Below are positions 27,074-36,805 of a DNA stretch of 64,000 bases, piece after piece. Source of the stretch: a virus (taxonomy: Duplodnaviria; Caudoviricetes). Position numbers and translations under genes: made by a program. The stretch is from positions 32,001 to 96,000 of the IMG/VR virus record IMGVR_UViG_3300029288_000082, one strand, 5' to 3'. The stretch's first letter is position 1. The number at the start of each line of letters is the position of its first letter. The notes under the pieces were generated by a model. It saw only the letters and a program-made list of their open reading frames with translations. It was not told the origin of the DNA and did no database searches.

Positions 27074-28372
27074 CAATGCCTCCGCGAGGGGACCGTCGTC
27101 TTTAGGCGACGGGAGAATCGCGGCCCCTCTCCGCTTGCTTTTCTGTTGACTTTCATCTGTTCATATGGGACTCTTGCATTGTGAGACGGACAATCATCAT
27201 CGCGCTTGAGCCAGCCAACGAGCAGCTTGCTGCACTCACGGAGACCTGCGACCTGTTCACCGAGGTCTTCAACGCCGTCTGCACAGGCGGGTGGCAACAC
27301 GCCGAAAAGAACGGGGTCCGCCTCCACCACGCCTTCTACCGGCCCCTCAAGGCCCAGCACCCGACCCTCGTGAGCGACCTGCATGTCCAGGCCCGCGTCA
27401 AAGCTACGGAGGCTATCCGAAGCGCGTTGGCCCTCAAACGCAAAGGCAAGAAAGTCTCCTGCCCGCACTCCACCTCTTGCCCCCCGCGCTACAACCTGCA
27501 CACCTTCAAGATCGACTGGGCTTCCCGCACCGTGCGCCTGTCCACTACGGCGGGGCGCCAGACCATCCGGTTCGCCGTCCCCGTTCACGCGGAGCGGTAC
27601 GCCGAGCATCCAGTGGACACTGCCGATCTCGTCTGCTGCGAAGGTCGTTGGGCCATGCACGTCTCCGTCACCGTGCCTGCGCCCGCCGTCGATCCCGTCA
27701 ATGACGTGGTGGGCGTGGACCTCGGGCTGGCCCAGCCAGCCGTCACGTCCAACAACCAGTTCCTGGGCAAAAAGGCATGGCGCTCTATCGAGAACCGGCT
27801 CTTCAAGCTGAAGCGCAGGCTGCAAGAACGAGGAACCAAGAGCGCCAAGCGCCATCTCAAAAAGATCCACAAGTCGCAAGCCAGGTTCCGCAGAGATTGC
27901 GACCACGTGCTCTCCAAGAAAGTTGTCCAGGCTTGCCCCGCTGGCGGCACGATCGTCTTGGAAAACCTGACCGACATCCGCAAGCGGGCACGGGCCAAGA
28001 GCAACACCGAAGCCAAGCGCCGCCTTCACGGGTGGTCCTTCGCGCAGATCAAGATCTTCATCGCGTACAAAGCCGAGGAACGGGGTTGTACGGTGGCCGG
28101 GGTCGATCCCCGGCATACCTCGCAACGATGCTCTCGCTGTGGACACACGGCGAAGAACAACCGCCGCTCCCGCGCCGTGTTCAAGTGTCGGAAGTGTGGA
28201 TTTTCCCTCCACGCCGACTTGAACGCAGCTCGCAACATCGCGGCCAAGTACCAGACCCACGTCGGCATGCCCGATATGGGTGGGCACCCTGTCAACGTGC
28301 CTATCGCGGGAGTGGGTGAACTCGTTCATTCAGCTACCTGCAAGCCGCCCGCTTTAGCTGGCGGTCGTTGAC
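27074..28372 (+). mobile_element. IS200/IS605-family TnpB-only (IS1341-like) element
   Basis: Left hairpin CCGTCGTC-TTTA-GGCGACGG and right hairpin CCGCCCGC-TTTA-GCTGGCGG followed by TCGTTGAC; no tnpA; left boundary uncertain by a few bp. Confidence 0.85.
27181..28371 (+). CDS. tnpB: RNA-guided endonuclease TnpB
   Basis: RuvC residues GVDLG, VLENL, HADLNAARNI; CSRC/CRKC Zn finger. Confidence 0.95.
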   Translation: MRRTIIIALEPANEQLAALTETCDLFTEVFNAVCTGGWQHAEKNGVRLHHAFYRPLKAQHPTLVSDLHVQARVKATEAIRSALALKRKGKKVSCPHSTSCPPRYNLHTFKIDWASRTVRLSTTAGRQTIRFAVPVHAERYAEHPVDTADLVCCEGRWAMHVSVTVPAPAVDPVNDVVGVDLGLAQPAVTSNNQFLGKKAWRSIENRLFKLKRRLQERGTKSAKRHLKKIHKSQARFRRDCDHVLSKKVVQACPAGGTIVLENLTDIRKRARAKSNTEAKRRLHGWSFAQIKIFIAYKAEERGCTVAGVDPRHTSQRCSRCGHTAKNNRRSRAVFKCRKCGFSLHADLNAARNIAAKYQTHVGMPDMGGHPVNVPIAGVGELVHSATCKPPALAGGR

Positions 28373-29071
28373 GTAGCAGCGGCGCTGGAGCAGGTGGATG
28401 GGCTCCCCAAGTGCCGCCGGCTCCCCCGCCCGGGCCTGCACGGCCTCCTCGCTGAGCCCAGCGTAGAGGTCCAGAGACAGCAGCCGCTGGTCGATGCCAG
28501 CGCGGACCTCCCGCTGGTCGGCGATGACGGCCTCCACCGGGATCGTCTCGGCATGCATCAGCCGCCCGAGCCGCTCCGAGGTGTCCCGGATTTGCTTGTA
28601 CAGGGCGGGGATCTCCTCCGCCTTGGCGCGCTCCAGGGCCTGCCGGTAGGCGGGGATCGGCTCGTCGCCGCGCAGGGCCAGCGCCGCGGCCTCCCCGCCG
28701 CCACCCTCCTCGGGGAGCGCCCGCCCGGGGGCCACGCCAAGCCGCAGCATGAGCGCCTCCAGGTCGCCAGTCAGCGCCCGCAACTGCTCCTTCTGCCGGG
28801 CGCCCGCGGCCCGGAGGACCGCTGGACCGTCGGGGCACAGCGTGCACGATGCCGCCAAGGCATCGTAACTAATGCGCGTCACATACTCACCGGCGCCATC
28901 CTCGATGACACCACGCAGCAGGACGTAGTTGCTGCCTAAGCGGACGACGCAACCGAGCCAGCGCTGCCCATCGTCCGGATCCATTACCCAGTACCACTCG
29001 CCCACCAGTGGCAGGTCTTCCGGCCGCTCGCGTGTTTTTGTAGGCGCGCACACCTTGTCCAAGTTGCTCAT
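28334..29071 (-). pseudogene. Phage protein interrupted at its 3' end by the IS element
   Basis: Frame runs into the IS right end after ...LLQRRCY; consensus promoter upstream. Confidence 0.6.
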
Positions 29072-29124
29072 CGCGCCTCCGCAGCAGGTTCGCCGCCAGC
29101 ATCCTCACTGGCCATTTCCTTTCA

Positions 29125-29154
29125 ATTATAACCAGTCGGTATGCGTTTGTCAAC
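29125..29154 (-). promoter_or_regulatory. Consensus sigma70 promoter TTGACA-17-TATAAT
   Basis: GTTGACAAACGCATACCGACTGGTTATAAT. Confidence 0.85.
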
Positions 29155-29157
29155 ATA

Positions 29158-30855
29158 TTAGGATCGCGTCGTGACGCGCAGAATTTCACCGCTGCGGAGG
29201 CCGACCACGGTGTCCCCGGCCGCGACCAGCCGCAACCCGGCGACCGCGGGATCGGCAATGCGACGGCCGACCTGCGCCCCGCGCTCGGGGAAGAGGGACA
29301 GCTCGCCGCCCTCGTCGATCAGGGCCACCACGCCCCGGGCAAGTCGGGCGACGTTCAGCGCGCCATGACCCACGTTACGATCGGCCCAGCGCAGCTGGGC
29401 GCCCGCACTGCCCACCGCGTACACGTAGCGGTCGACGCTGCCCCCGCGCTCGGCCAGGACCAGCAGGGCGCGCCCCCCGGCCCAGGCGTCCACCACGCGG
29501 GCGCCGTCCAGATCCGCCAGCCGCACCTGGTCGCTGCGGCCCGGGGCCGGGAACACGTTCGCGTACCACGCGCCCAGCACGCTCTGGAGGGCCACGCCGG
29601 GGTACAGCTGCGTCGCCAGGGGCGCCACGTTGGCCACCACGCGCGGGGCGGCAACGAGCTGCCCCCCCAGGCGCGCCAGCTGCACCTCGACCACGTGCTC
29701 GCCATCGTGGGCGTACAGGCGACCCTCGGCGGTGGTCAGCGCCGCAGCCTGCACGACGAGGGGCACCTCCGCCCCGCCATCCAGGGCGCGCATCCGGAGG
29801 CGCTGGCGGTCGATCCAGGCGTAGAGCGGCGTGCCGTCGGGGGCCCATGCCAGGGATCCCGCGCCATCCACGGGGACCTGCCGAGGAGGCCGGGTGCCGT
29901 CCCATAGCGTCACCGCGCACCCCGCTGGTCCCCGGACCAAAGCTGCCTCCGCGCCGCCGGGGATCGCCACGTACTCCAGCACATCCCCATCCACGACATG
30001 GAGCACGCGCAGGTCCACGTGCCCGGCGCTCGAAGCAGGCCGCAGCCCACGCATGGGCGCGCTGGCTTGGGCGCTGGCGGGCGGGGGATCGCGGCGGCCG
30101 GCCTCGAACACAGCGCGGTACCAGTCGCGATAGGCGCTCGGGATCACGTCTAGGGGCGGCACCAGCGGGGGCACCGACACGGCGGCGTTGAACACCGAGA
30201 GGTTGGCGCGCATGCGATCGGGCAGACCACGCACCGTGGGGTGGCGCCCCTTGTAGGGGTGGATGCCAACGAACAGCTGGAAGGTCACGATGCCCCAGGA
30301 AAACCAGTCGGATCCTGTGGTCCAGCAGCCCTGGGCGTGCCAATCCCGCACGCTCTCCATCAGGGCGGTGGCCGGGAAGCGAGGCGTCTGGTAGGAGTCC
30401 ACATCGATGAAGCACACCTCCTCGAAGGTGGCGGTGGCCAGGAAGTTCATCTCGTTGGCGTCCACCACCAGCACGCGGGCGGCGTGCACTGCCTCCATGC
30501 TGGCGCGCATGCGCTGCACGAGGCGCAGCACCGTGGAGCCATCCAGGCCGTGCCGCGCCTGGAATGCCCGGGTGAAGAGCTGGCAGAGCGGGAAGGCATC
30601 CGGAACACGGCGCATGCTGTAGCCGACCGGGCGCCCCCGGCCGTCCAGCAGCACGCGCTGCGGCCGGATCACGCTGTCGTCAGCGATCGCGCTCAACTCG
30701 TCGATCTTAGCCTCGGGGACCATGCGCTCGGGCTTCAGGTAGACCTTGAACGCCTCGTCCCCGTGAGCGTAGACCTGCCCCTCGCCGCCCGCGCCCAGGA
30801 AGTTGGCCTGGGTCAGCACGACCTCGCCGCCCCCCCGCATTCGGTACTTCGTCAT
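29158..30855 (-). CDS. Ser/Thr protein kinase (TerY-P type)
   Basis: GAGGEGQVY, FKVY, VVDANEMNFL, IDVDSYQ, SDWFS. Confidence 0.85.
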   Translation of the reverse strand: MTKYRMRGGGEVVLTQANFLGAGGEGQVYAHGDEAFKVYLKPERMVPEAKIDELSAIADDSVIRPQRVLLDGRGRPVGYSMRRVPDAFPLCQLFTRAFQARHGLDGSTVLRLVQRMRASMEAVHAARVLVVDANEMNFLATATFEEVCFIDVDSYQTPRFPATALMESVRDWHAQGCWTTGSDWFSWGIVTFQLFVGIHPYKGRHPTVRGLPDRMRANLSVFNAAVSVPPLVPPLDVIPSAYRDWYRAVFEAGRRDPPPASAQASAPMRGLRPASSAGHVDLRVLHVVDGDVLEYVAIPGGAEAALVRGPAGCAVTLWDGTRPPRQVPVDGAGSLAWAPDGTPLYAWIDRQRLRMRALDGGAEVPLVVQAAALTTAEGRLYAHDGEHVVEVQLARLGGQLVAAPRVVANVAPLATQLYPGVALQSVLGAWYANVFPAPGRSDQVRLADLDGARVVDAWAGGRALLVLAERGGSVDRYVYAVGSAGAQLRWADRNVGHGALNVARLARGVVALIDEGGELSLFPERGAQVGRRIADPAVAGLRLVAAGDTVVGLRSGEILRVTTRS

Positions 30856-31664
30856 GCGCTGCCCTCCGCGCGCTCCAGGACCACCGCGCCCATGCTGAGG
30901 TCGTCATCGTGGCGCCATCCCCGCTGAGCGGCCTTCCGCAGGAACGCCTGGAGGCGCCGCTGCACAAACACGCCCTGGAGCCCCTTGAACGCCATCAACT
31001 CGCCCACGATCACCTCAGAGGGGATGGGCTGGTGGTCCGCATCCAGGAAGGAGCGCACACCATCGCTGAACACAGCCACGACGGCGGCGTCCTCGATGGT
31101 CCGCTGGAAGGGCTGCACGCCCCGGCATCGCAGCTCCTCGCCATCCGGGCCACGCGCCACCCACTCCTCACGCTGCAGCACGGCCGCCATGCGCTGGTCG
31201 TCCACGAGGTAGTTGGCGTAGCGAGGGTATCCGTCGGGAGCCTCAACTTCCCAGATCCGCAGGGCGCCCCCCGGGTCCCGGGCGGCGATCACGCCGTCCC
31301 CGGTGCACGAGACGAAGGCCGAGGATCTTTGGCCCAGGGCGAAGACCAACGTGGCGTCCATCGCCAATGGGTCCAGATTCCAGCACGTTTTCTGGAACAG
31401 ACGGCGCCGGAGGTCGATCACCTCCATGGCGCCCCAACACCACCACGCGGGATCTGCCATGGAAGAAATGCGGCCTATTCCAACCTCGCAGCTCAGGGTG
31501 AGCAGCCGCGCGCCAACGTCCGTGTCGGGGCTGCCCGAGCAGCCGTCCGAGACGATGGCGTAGGGGCGGCCCTCTTGCGTCCGTCCGCACCGGGCGTAGT
31601 CCTGGCAGACCCGGTGGGCCGCCCCGATGACGTAGGCGCTGTCCGCGTTCGCCCGCATCTCCAT
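30852..31664 (-). CDS. PP2C-like protein phosphatase
   Basis: GAAHRVCQDY, VSDGCSG, GDG, FSDG, DDLS; TGATG and ATGA coupling. Confidence 0.85.
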   Translation of the reverse strand: MEMRANADSAYVIGAAHRVCQDYARCGRTQEGRPYAIVSDGCSGSPDTDVGARLLTLSCEVGIGRISSMADPAWWCWGAMEVIDLRRRLFQKTCWNLDPLAMDATLVFALGQRSSAFVSCTGDGVIAARDPGGALRIWEVEAPDGYPRYANYLVDDQRMAAVLQREEWVARGPDGEELRCRGVQPFQRTIEDAAVVAVFSDGVRSFLDADHQPIPSEVIVGELMAFKGLQGVFVQRRLQAFLRKAAQRGWRHDDDLSMGAVVLERAEGSA

Positions 31665-32416
31665 CAGAGGCTGAAGGACATCGGCTGCGAGGGGCCGCCG
31701 GTTCCGAGCGCCTGGGACTGGGCGCTGATGCTCTTGCTCACGAAGGCCGCCAACTTGGCCAGCGTCCGCGCGCTCGCGTCCTTGGTCTCGACGTACTGTC
31801 CGATCCCAGCCTCCTGCTGGAAGGCGACCAGGGCGCCGCTCACCTGCGGGTCGTTGCCCACCCCGACGCCCACCAGGATGGACACCTGGCTCTCCAGCGC
31901 CTCGGACTGGATGGCGCGCTCCAGCTGCGCCCGCACCTGCCCCGGGCCCCCCGCGGAGGCGTTGTCGCAGCCGTCGGAGATGATCACGGCCACCCCGTTC
32001 ACGGCGTAGTCGCTGCCGACCAGGGTACGCGCGTAGTCGGCCTGCGCGTGCACGGCGTGCTCCGCCGCGTCGAACAGCGCCGTCATGCCGCCGCACGACA
32101 GGCAGCCGCGGTAGTCGTCGAGGTTGCAGTTGGCGAGCAGCTTGAAGCCGTGCACCTCCCGCATGTGGTCGTTGAAGGTGATCATCCGCAGCATCAGGTT
32201 GTCGGCCCGGGGAGACAGCTTGCAGGCGTTGACCACCTCGCGGATGGCCTGCTCCATATCCGCAGCGTAGGGCCCCACGGACCCGCTCACGTCCACGGCC
32301 AGCGTGACCAGGGTGTACTCGGCCGCCCCCAGGGCGTCCAGGCGCGTGGCGCTGTACCCGAACGCGGTGGTCGGGAGCGCGCGCTCCTCCATGGACAGGT
32401 CGTTGATCTTCGGCAT
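31664..32416 (-). CDS. vWA-domain protein (TerY-like)
   Basis: MIDAS DVSGS, GGMTALFDA, IISDGCDN. Confidence 0.85.
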   Translation of the reverse strand: MPKINDLSMEERALPTTAFGYSATRLDALGAAEYTLVTLAVDVSGSVGPYAADMEQAIREVVNACKLSPRADNLMLRMITFNDHMREVHGFKLLANCNLDDYRGCLSCGGMTALFDAAEHAVHAQADYARTLVGSDYAVNGVAVIISDGCDNASAGGPGQVRAQLERAIQSEALESQVSILVGVGVGNDPQVSGALVAFQQEAGIGQYVETKDASARTLAKLAAFVSKSISAQSQALGTGGPSQPMSFSL

Positions 32417-32448
32417 CGGTTCCCTCGCCTTCCTGCTAGCGCACCGCG

Positions 32449-33252
32449 CTAGCGCAGCACGTCCACCGTGGTCGACGTCTGCATCCCCTTCGCCGTCATT
32501 TCGGCGACGAAGTCCTCTTGGAGCTTCTCGAACCCGGGCACCGGGCTGAGAGCGTCGGTGAGCAGCACGAACTTCTGGACGTAGTCCGCGCTGCTGAACC
32601 CGGCCGCCACGTCCCGGATCGTGTTGGCGACGCAGTGGCTGCCCGCCTCGCCCGCGATCAGGATCAGGTCCGCCTCCTCCAGCGCCTGGATGAGGCGCAG
32701 GTTGATCTGGGTCGACGGATCTGCCGGGTCCGGCACCTCGGCCTTCACCCCGGAGTAGTGCTCCGTGAACAGGTTGCTGCCCTTGCTCACGAAGTCGATC
32801 ACGCCCGGGCCCGCGGCCGCCCAAGCGTTGAGCGCCTCCAGCACGGCCGGCACCAGGGTGGCGCCCGGGCTACCGATCAGGCAGTGCGGGGGCCAGATGC
32901 ACAGCGGGTACCGGTGTCCGGCCTCCAGCGCGCGCACGTAGTCGAGCATGCGGCGCGTGAGGCTGGGGATGCACGGCGTCCAGGCGCCGCTCTCCACGTC
33001 CTGTGGCGTGATGATCGTGAACGGCGTCGGCGGCTGGCCGTCGGGCCCGCGCCACATGGCCGGGTGCGCCACGTCCAGCAGGTGATGCTGGTCGAGCGTC
33101 GCGTGGATGTCGTGCAGCCGCGCCCCCAACCGCTGGACCATGGCGGCCACGCGCTGCATGTCCTCCGCGGCGCCAGGCACGAACAGCGCCCCAGTAGGGT
33201 CGCAGAAGTCGTGCTGCGCGTCGATCAGGAACAGGTCCACCTTCTTCGTCAT
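32449..33252 (-). CDS. pncA: Nicotinamidase (isochorismatase family)
   Basis: IDAQHDFC, D.H, WPPHC, KGSN, GEAGSHCV. Confidence 0.8.
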   Translation of the reverse strand: MTKKVDLFLIDAQHDFCDPTGALFVPGAAEDMQRVAAMVQRLGARLHDIHATLDQHHLLDVAHPAMWRGPDGQPPTPFTIITPQDVESGAWTPCIPSLTRRMLDYVRALEAGHRYPLCIWPPHCLIGSPGATLVPAVLEALNAWAAAGPGVIDFVSKGSNLFTEHYSGVKAEVPDPADPSTQINLRLIQALEEADLILIAGEAGSHCVANTIRDVAAGFSSADYVQKFVLLTDALSPVPGFEKLQEDFVAEMTAKGMQTSTTVDVLR

Positions 33253-33264
33253 CGGATCCTCCTC

Positions 33265-34014
33265 TCAGGCCGGCTCCCGCCGGAAATGCGGCGGCACGCA
33301 ACGCTTGTGCGCGCTCACCGTGTGCAACTCGTCGATCTTCCGCGCCACCTCCACCTCGATGGCCTCCCCGCGCAGGTAGGCGTCGATGGCGCCGTACACG
33401 TTGGACGTTCCCAGGATGCCCCCCAACTCTTCTTGGTCGGTCTGGCCGATCCAGAGGCCAGCCGTCGGGGGACGATCTACCAGCGCCTCCGGCAGCCCAA
33501 GCAGCCGCCCCAGCTGGCGCACCTCGCCCTTGTCGAACGCGAGGAGCGGCTCCAGGTCCACCCCGTGATCGCCGTACTTCGTGGCGTACCCAATGTACGC
33601 CTCGGCCGCGTTGGTCGTGCCCACCACGAGGCCACCACGGTGGTTCGCCACCGCGTAGAGGGCCACCATGCGCAGGCGCGCCTGCATGTTGCCGCAGGTC
33701 AACGCGTTCAGCAGGGGATCACCTGTTGCGAAGCGCAGCTCCTTCTCCATCGCCTCGTATGCGCTGCGGATGTTCACCGGGAGCGCGTCCGCGGTGCACC
33801 CCAGGTGCTTCACCAGCGTGTTCGTCCACCGCACATCCGGGTCGGCCCCACACGGCATCCGGACCAGGACCGTGTGATCGCGGCCTACCGCGCGCACACA
33901 CAACGCAGCCACCACGGAGGAGTCCACCCCCCCGCTGATGCCCACCACGGCGCGGTGTAGGCCGCTTAGCAGATGCTCCCGCAGCCAGCCGCACAGGGCA
34001 TCCACGTCGCCCAT
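33265..34014 (-). CDS. nadE: NH3-dependent NAD+ synthetase
   Basis: GISGGVDSS, GNMQARLRM, GTTN..E...GYATKYGD, PTAGLW.GQTD.EELG, HKR. Confidence 0.93.
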   Translation of the reverse strand: MGDVDALCGWLREHLLSGLHRAVVGISGGVDSSVVAALCVRAVGRDHTVLVRMPCGADPDVRWTNTLVKHLGCTADALPVNIRSAYEAMEKELRFATGDPLLNALTCGNMQARLRMVALYAVANHRGGLVVGTTNAAEAYIGYATKYGDHGVDLEPLLAFDKGEVRQLGRLLGLPEALVDRPPTAGLWIGQTDQEELGGILGTSNVYGAIDAYLRGEAIEVEVARKIDELHTVSAHKRCVPPHFRREPA

Positions 34015-34016
34015 CG

Positions 34017-35189
34017 TCACGCACCCACGAGTCCCAGCGCCTGCTTGCATCGCTCCACCTCCTCTGGATCTCCCGAGTGCTTCGTGGGCACATCGGACAG
34101 CTTGACCGCGGGGCGCCACGGATTGGTCGGCCACGCCCGCGCCCGCGTCATCTTGATAACCATGTTGAGGGGCCGCACCCCCGGGACGTCGCAGGTCAGC
34201 GACGTGCCAAGGAGGAACCGCGCCCCGATGCGTCCCTCCATCGCTGACCGAATCGCCTGGACGTCGTCCAGGCCCAGGCCGTCGGAGAAGACCATGACCT
34301 TCGACCGTGGGTCGATGCCGAGCCGCTCGTAGTGGGCGATCACCTGCTGCGCGCACAGGAGCGGATCCCCAGAGTCCTGCCGCACGCCGTCGTAGATCCG
34401 CGCCCGGAGCCCGTTGAAGGCCCGCAAGAACACCGGCGTCGTGTAGGTGTCCAGGAGCCCGATCCCGAGCGCTCCCCGGTAGGTCTCCACCCAGCGGTCG
34501 AGCGCGATCGCCGTCGCCTCCTCGTAGCCGAGGATTGCGCCATGGTACATGGTCCACTCGTGCGCCACGGTGCCCACGCAGGGGAGCCCCATCTCCAGTG
34601 CCATGCCCACGTTGCTGGTGGGGATGTTCAGGGCCGCGAGGACCCGCTGGTGTATCTCCCGCGAGAAGCGGCGCCGCGTGCCGCCCTCGACCACCGGCAG
34701 TTGATCCCGGCGGATGAGCAAGCCCTTGGCCGCCGCCCGGTTCACTACGTCCGCGTCGCGGGCGGGCAGGCTGCCCCCGTGCGACAGCAGGTGGTAGCGC
34801 TCGGAGATCAGCGCCATCAGCGGAACCTCCCAGAGCACGGTGCGCAGCCATGGACCGCGCACGATCAGACGCAGACGGCGCTCCTCGTCCAAGCTGCACT
34901 CCACGATCTCGGACGGGTCGAAGCGGTAGCGCGCCAAGAAGGAGCGGTACCACGGCTGCACCGGCAGGACGCGCCCCAGGCCGTCAACCTCGGACTCGGT
35001 GAGCGCTGGAGCCGCGACCAGCTCCTCATCGATCCAGCTGCGCAGCTGGGCAAAGGCGGCAGGCCACGCCACAGGCGTCCGCACGATCAGCTCGTACTCC
35101 GCCTCCGCCTGGGGGTAGTGCTGCCCGATGGCTTGCTGCATCGAAAACTTGTAGAGGTCGGTATCGAGCAAGTGCATCACACGCTCCAT
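34017..35189 (-). CDS. pncB: Nicotinate phosphoribosyltransferase
   Basis: LLDTDLYKFSMQQ, GTRRRFS, GTVAHEW, GVRQDSGDP, FSDGL, KLSD. Confidence 0.93.
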   Translation of the reverse strand: MERVMHLLDTDLYKFSMQQAIGQHYPQAEAEYELIVRTPVAWPAAFAQLRSWIDEELVAAPALTESEVDGLGRVLPVQPWYRSFLARYRFDPSEIVECSLDEERRLRLIVRGPWLRTVLWEVPLMALISERYHLLSHGGSLPARDADVVNRAAAKGLLIRRDQLPVVEGGTRRRFSREIHQRVLAALNIPTSNVGMALEMGLPCVGTVAHEWTMYHGAILGYEEATAIALDRWVETYRGALGIGLLDTYTTPVFLRAFNGLRARIYDGVRQDSGDPLLCAQQVIAHYERLGIDPRSKVMVFSDGLGLDDVQAIRSAMEGRIGARFLLGTSLTCDVPGVRPLNMVIKMTRARAWPTNPWRPAVKLSDVPTKHSGDPEEVERCKQALGLVGA

Positions 35190-35218
35190 TCCCGTTCGTT
35201 CATGCCTCTACGCCTGAT

Positions 35219-35764
35219 TCACCTGATGGACGCCGTGGCCCCGGCCTCGGCCAGGAGCCTCACCGCCCGATCCGCCTCCTCCTTCGACACGCCCATCATC
35301 ACCGTCGAAGGGGCGCAGTCGGTGAGGTCTTTGGAGTCCTTCAGCCCCAGGCCGGTCAACTCCCGGATCTCCTTGATGACGTTGATCTTCCTTTCGCCCA
35401 CCATCTGCAAGATCACGTCGTACTTCTGCTCGGCAGATCCCGGGTGCAACCCCGCGTCCACCTCTTTCAGGAACGCAGGCACATCGACAACGCTGCCACG
35501 CAGGTCGGCGATGGCCGCGAGGAGGCGCAGGTGATCGATCGGATCCGGCATTCGCAACCTGTCGAGGATGTCGGCGACACGCTCCCTCTGCTCGTCATCC
35601 TCCATCGCCTCCTTGGCGAGGATGCTTCTCTGTTCCTCCAAATCGTAGATTTTCTCGCGGAACGCATCGTTCTCCGCCCGGAGTTGCGGGAGATGCTCCC
35701 GGAGGGTCGCGATCTCCGCTTCCATCTCGTCCGCCGTCTGCTGCTTCTTCTTCTTCTCGGCCAT
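35219..35764 (-). CDS. Coiled coil fused to ribosomal protein L7/L12 C-terminal domain
   Basis: YDVIL...KINVIKEIRELTGLGLKDSKDL...GVSKEEA...LAEAGA. Confidence 0.85.
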   Translation of the reverse strand: MAEKKKKQQTADEMEAEIATLREHLPQLRAENDAFREKIYDLEEQRSILAKEAMEDDEQRERVADILDRLRMPDPIDHLRLLAAIADLRGSVVDVPAFLKEVDAGLHPGSAEQKYDVILQMVGERKINVIKEIRELTGLGLKDSKDLTDCAPSTVMMGVSKEEADRAVRLLAEAGATASIR

Positions 35765-35789
35765 GGCATCCTCCTGTTTCGTTGTTTTG

Positions 35790-36260
35790 CTACCCACGCG
35801 CCCCGTCGTCCGCCAGCTCCCCGTCGCGGTCCTCGGACGCGCGCAGGCAGTCCTCGCAGATATCGCCTACTGCGCCGAACGGGATCGGCTCCCCGCAGTC
35901 GTAGCACTCCCGGTCGAGCTGCCCGGCCTCCCGCGCCGCATCGAAGGCGCCCTCGGTGGGCGGGAAGACCAGGTCCGGGTCGTCGATCCGCATCATCATC
36001 ACCTTCACCGGCACGTAGCGCTGGAGCGCGCGCCAGACCGCGCGCTGCAGGTCCGTCGCTCGCGTCTCCGGCGCGCACCCCCCGGTGAGGTAGCCGTCCC
36101 CGTGGCCGTGGACGCTGAAGCGGACCGGCTGGCCCGGTGGCGCCCACATGTCGCACTCCAGGGACAGGTTCCACTCCTCCTCCAGCGCCTCCTGCGCCAT
36201 CCGCTGCTCCCGCTGGGATGCCACCTCCACGTCCACCCACACACGGTATTCTCGGCTCAT
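35790..36260 (-). CDS. Hypothetical protein with C-terminal zinc finger
   Basis: CYDC...CEDC; ATGA coupling. Confidence 0.55.
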   Translation of the reverse strand: MSREYRVWVDVEVASQREQRMAQEALEEEWNLSLECDMWAPPGQPVRFSVHGHGDGYLTGGCAPETRATDLQRAVWRALQRYVPVKVMMMRIDDPDLVFPPTEGAFDAAREAGQLDRECYDCGEPIPFGAVGDICEDCLRASEDRDGELADDGARG

Positions 36261-36532
36261 GCGTCCTCCTTGCCGAACAACTTGGCGAGCAGCATGGACG
36301 CCGCCGCGTGCCAGCCCGCACGCTCCAGCGCGGCGCACACCTCGCCCTGCACGGCCGTCACGCCGCTGTCCCAGCCGCTCTCCCAGGCCGCCCGAACCAG
36401 CGCCCCCCGGGCATCCTCCGGCCAGCGCCCGCGAGTCTCTGGCACCAGGCGCGCCAGGCAGAGATCCCGCTCGGATCCGTGCTGCCGCTCAGCGATCTCG
36501 CTATCCTCGGTCCACCTGACGGTCTTGCTCAT
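36257..36532 (-). CDS. Hypothetical protein
   Basis: AGGAG RBS. Confidence 0.5.
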   Translation of the reverse strand: MSKTVRWTEDSEIAERQHGSERDLCLARLVPETRGRWPEDARGALVRAAWESGWDSGVTAVQGEVCAALERAGWHAAASMLLAKLFGKEDA

Positions 36533-36541
36533 GGTCGACTC

Positions 36542-36805
36542 CTAGAACGCCACGCACGCGCCCTGGTCGCATGGAGACCTGGGCAGCGACACCGCGCGCG
36601 CCAGATCCGCCACCGCGATCTCCAGGGCGTGGCGCACGTCCGCGTAGCACGCCTGCATCTCCACAGCCAGCTTGTCCCACGCCCACAGGCGCGCGTACAC
36701 TGCATCGACGTGCTCCTCCGCCACCGCGAAGGCGTTCTCCAGTCCGCGCTCCTCCGCCACGGCCCGGGCCGTGGCCACCACCCGCTCCCTCACCTGCCGG
36801 TTCAC
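36542..36805 (-). CDS. Hypothetical protein
   Basis: GTGA overlap with upstream gene. Confidence 0.45.
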   Translation of the reverse strand: MNRQVRERVVATARAVAEERGLENAFAVAEEHVDAVYARLWAWDKLAVEMQACYADVRHALEIAVADLARAVSLPRSPCDQGACVAF

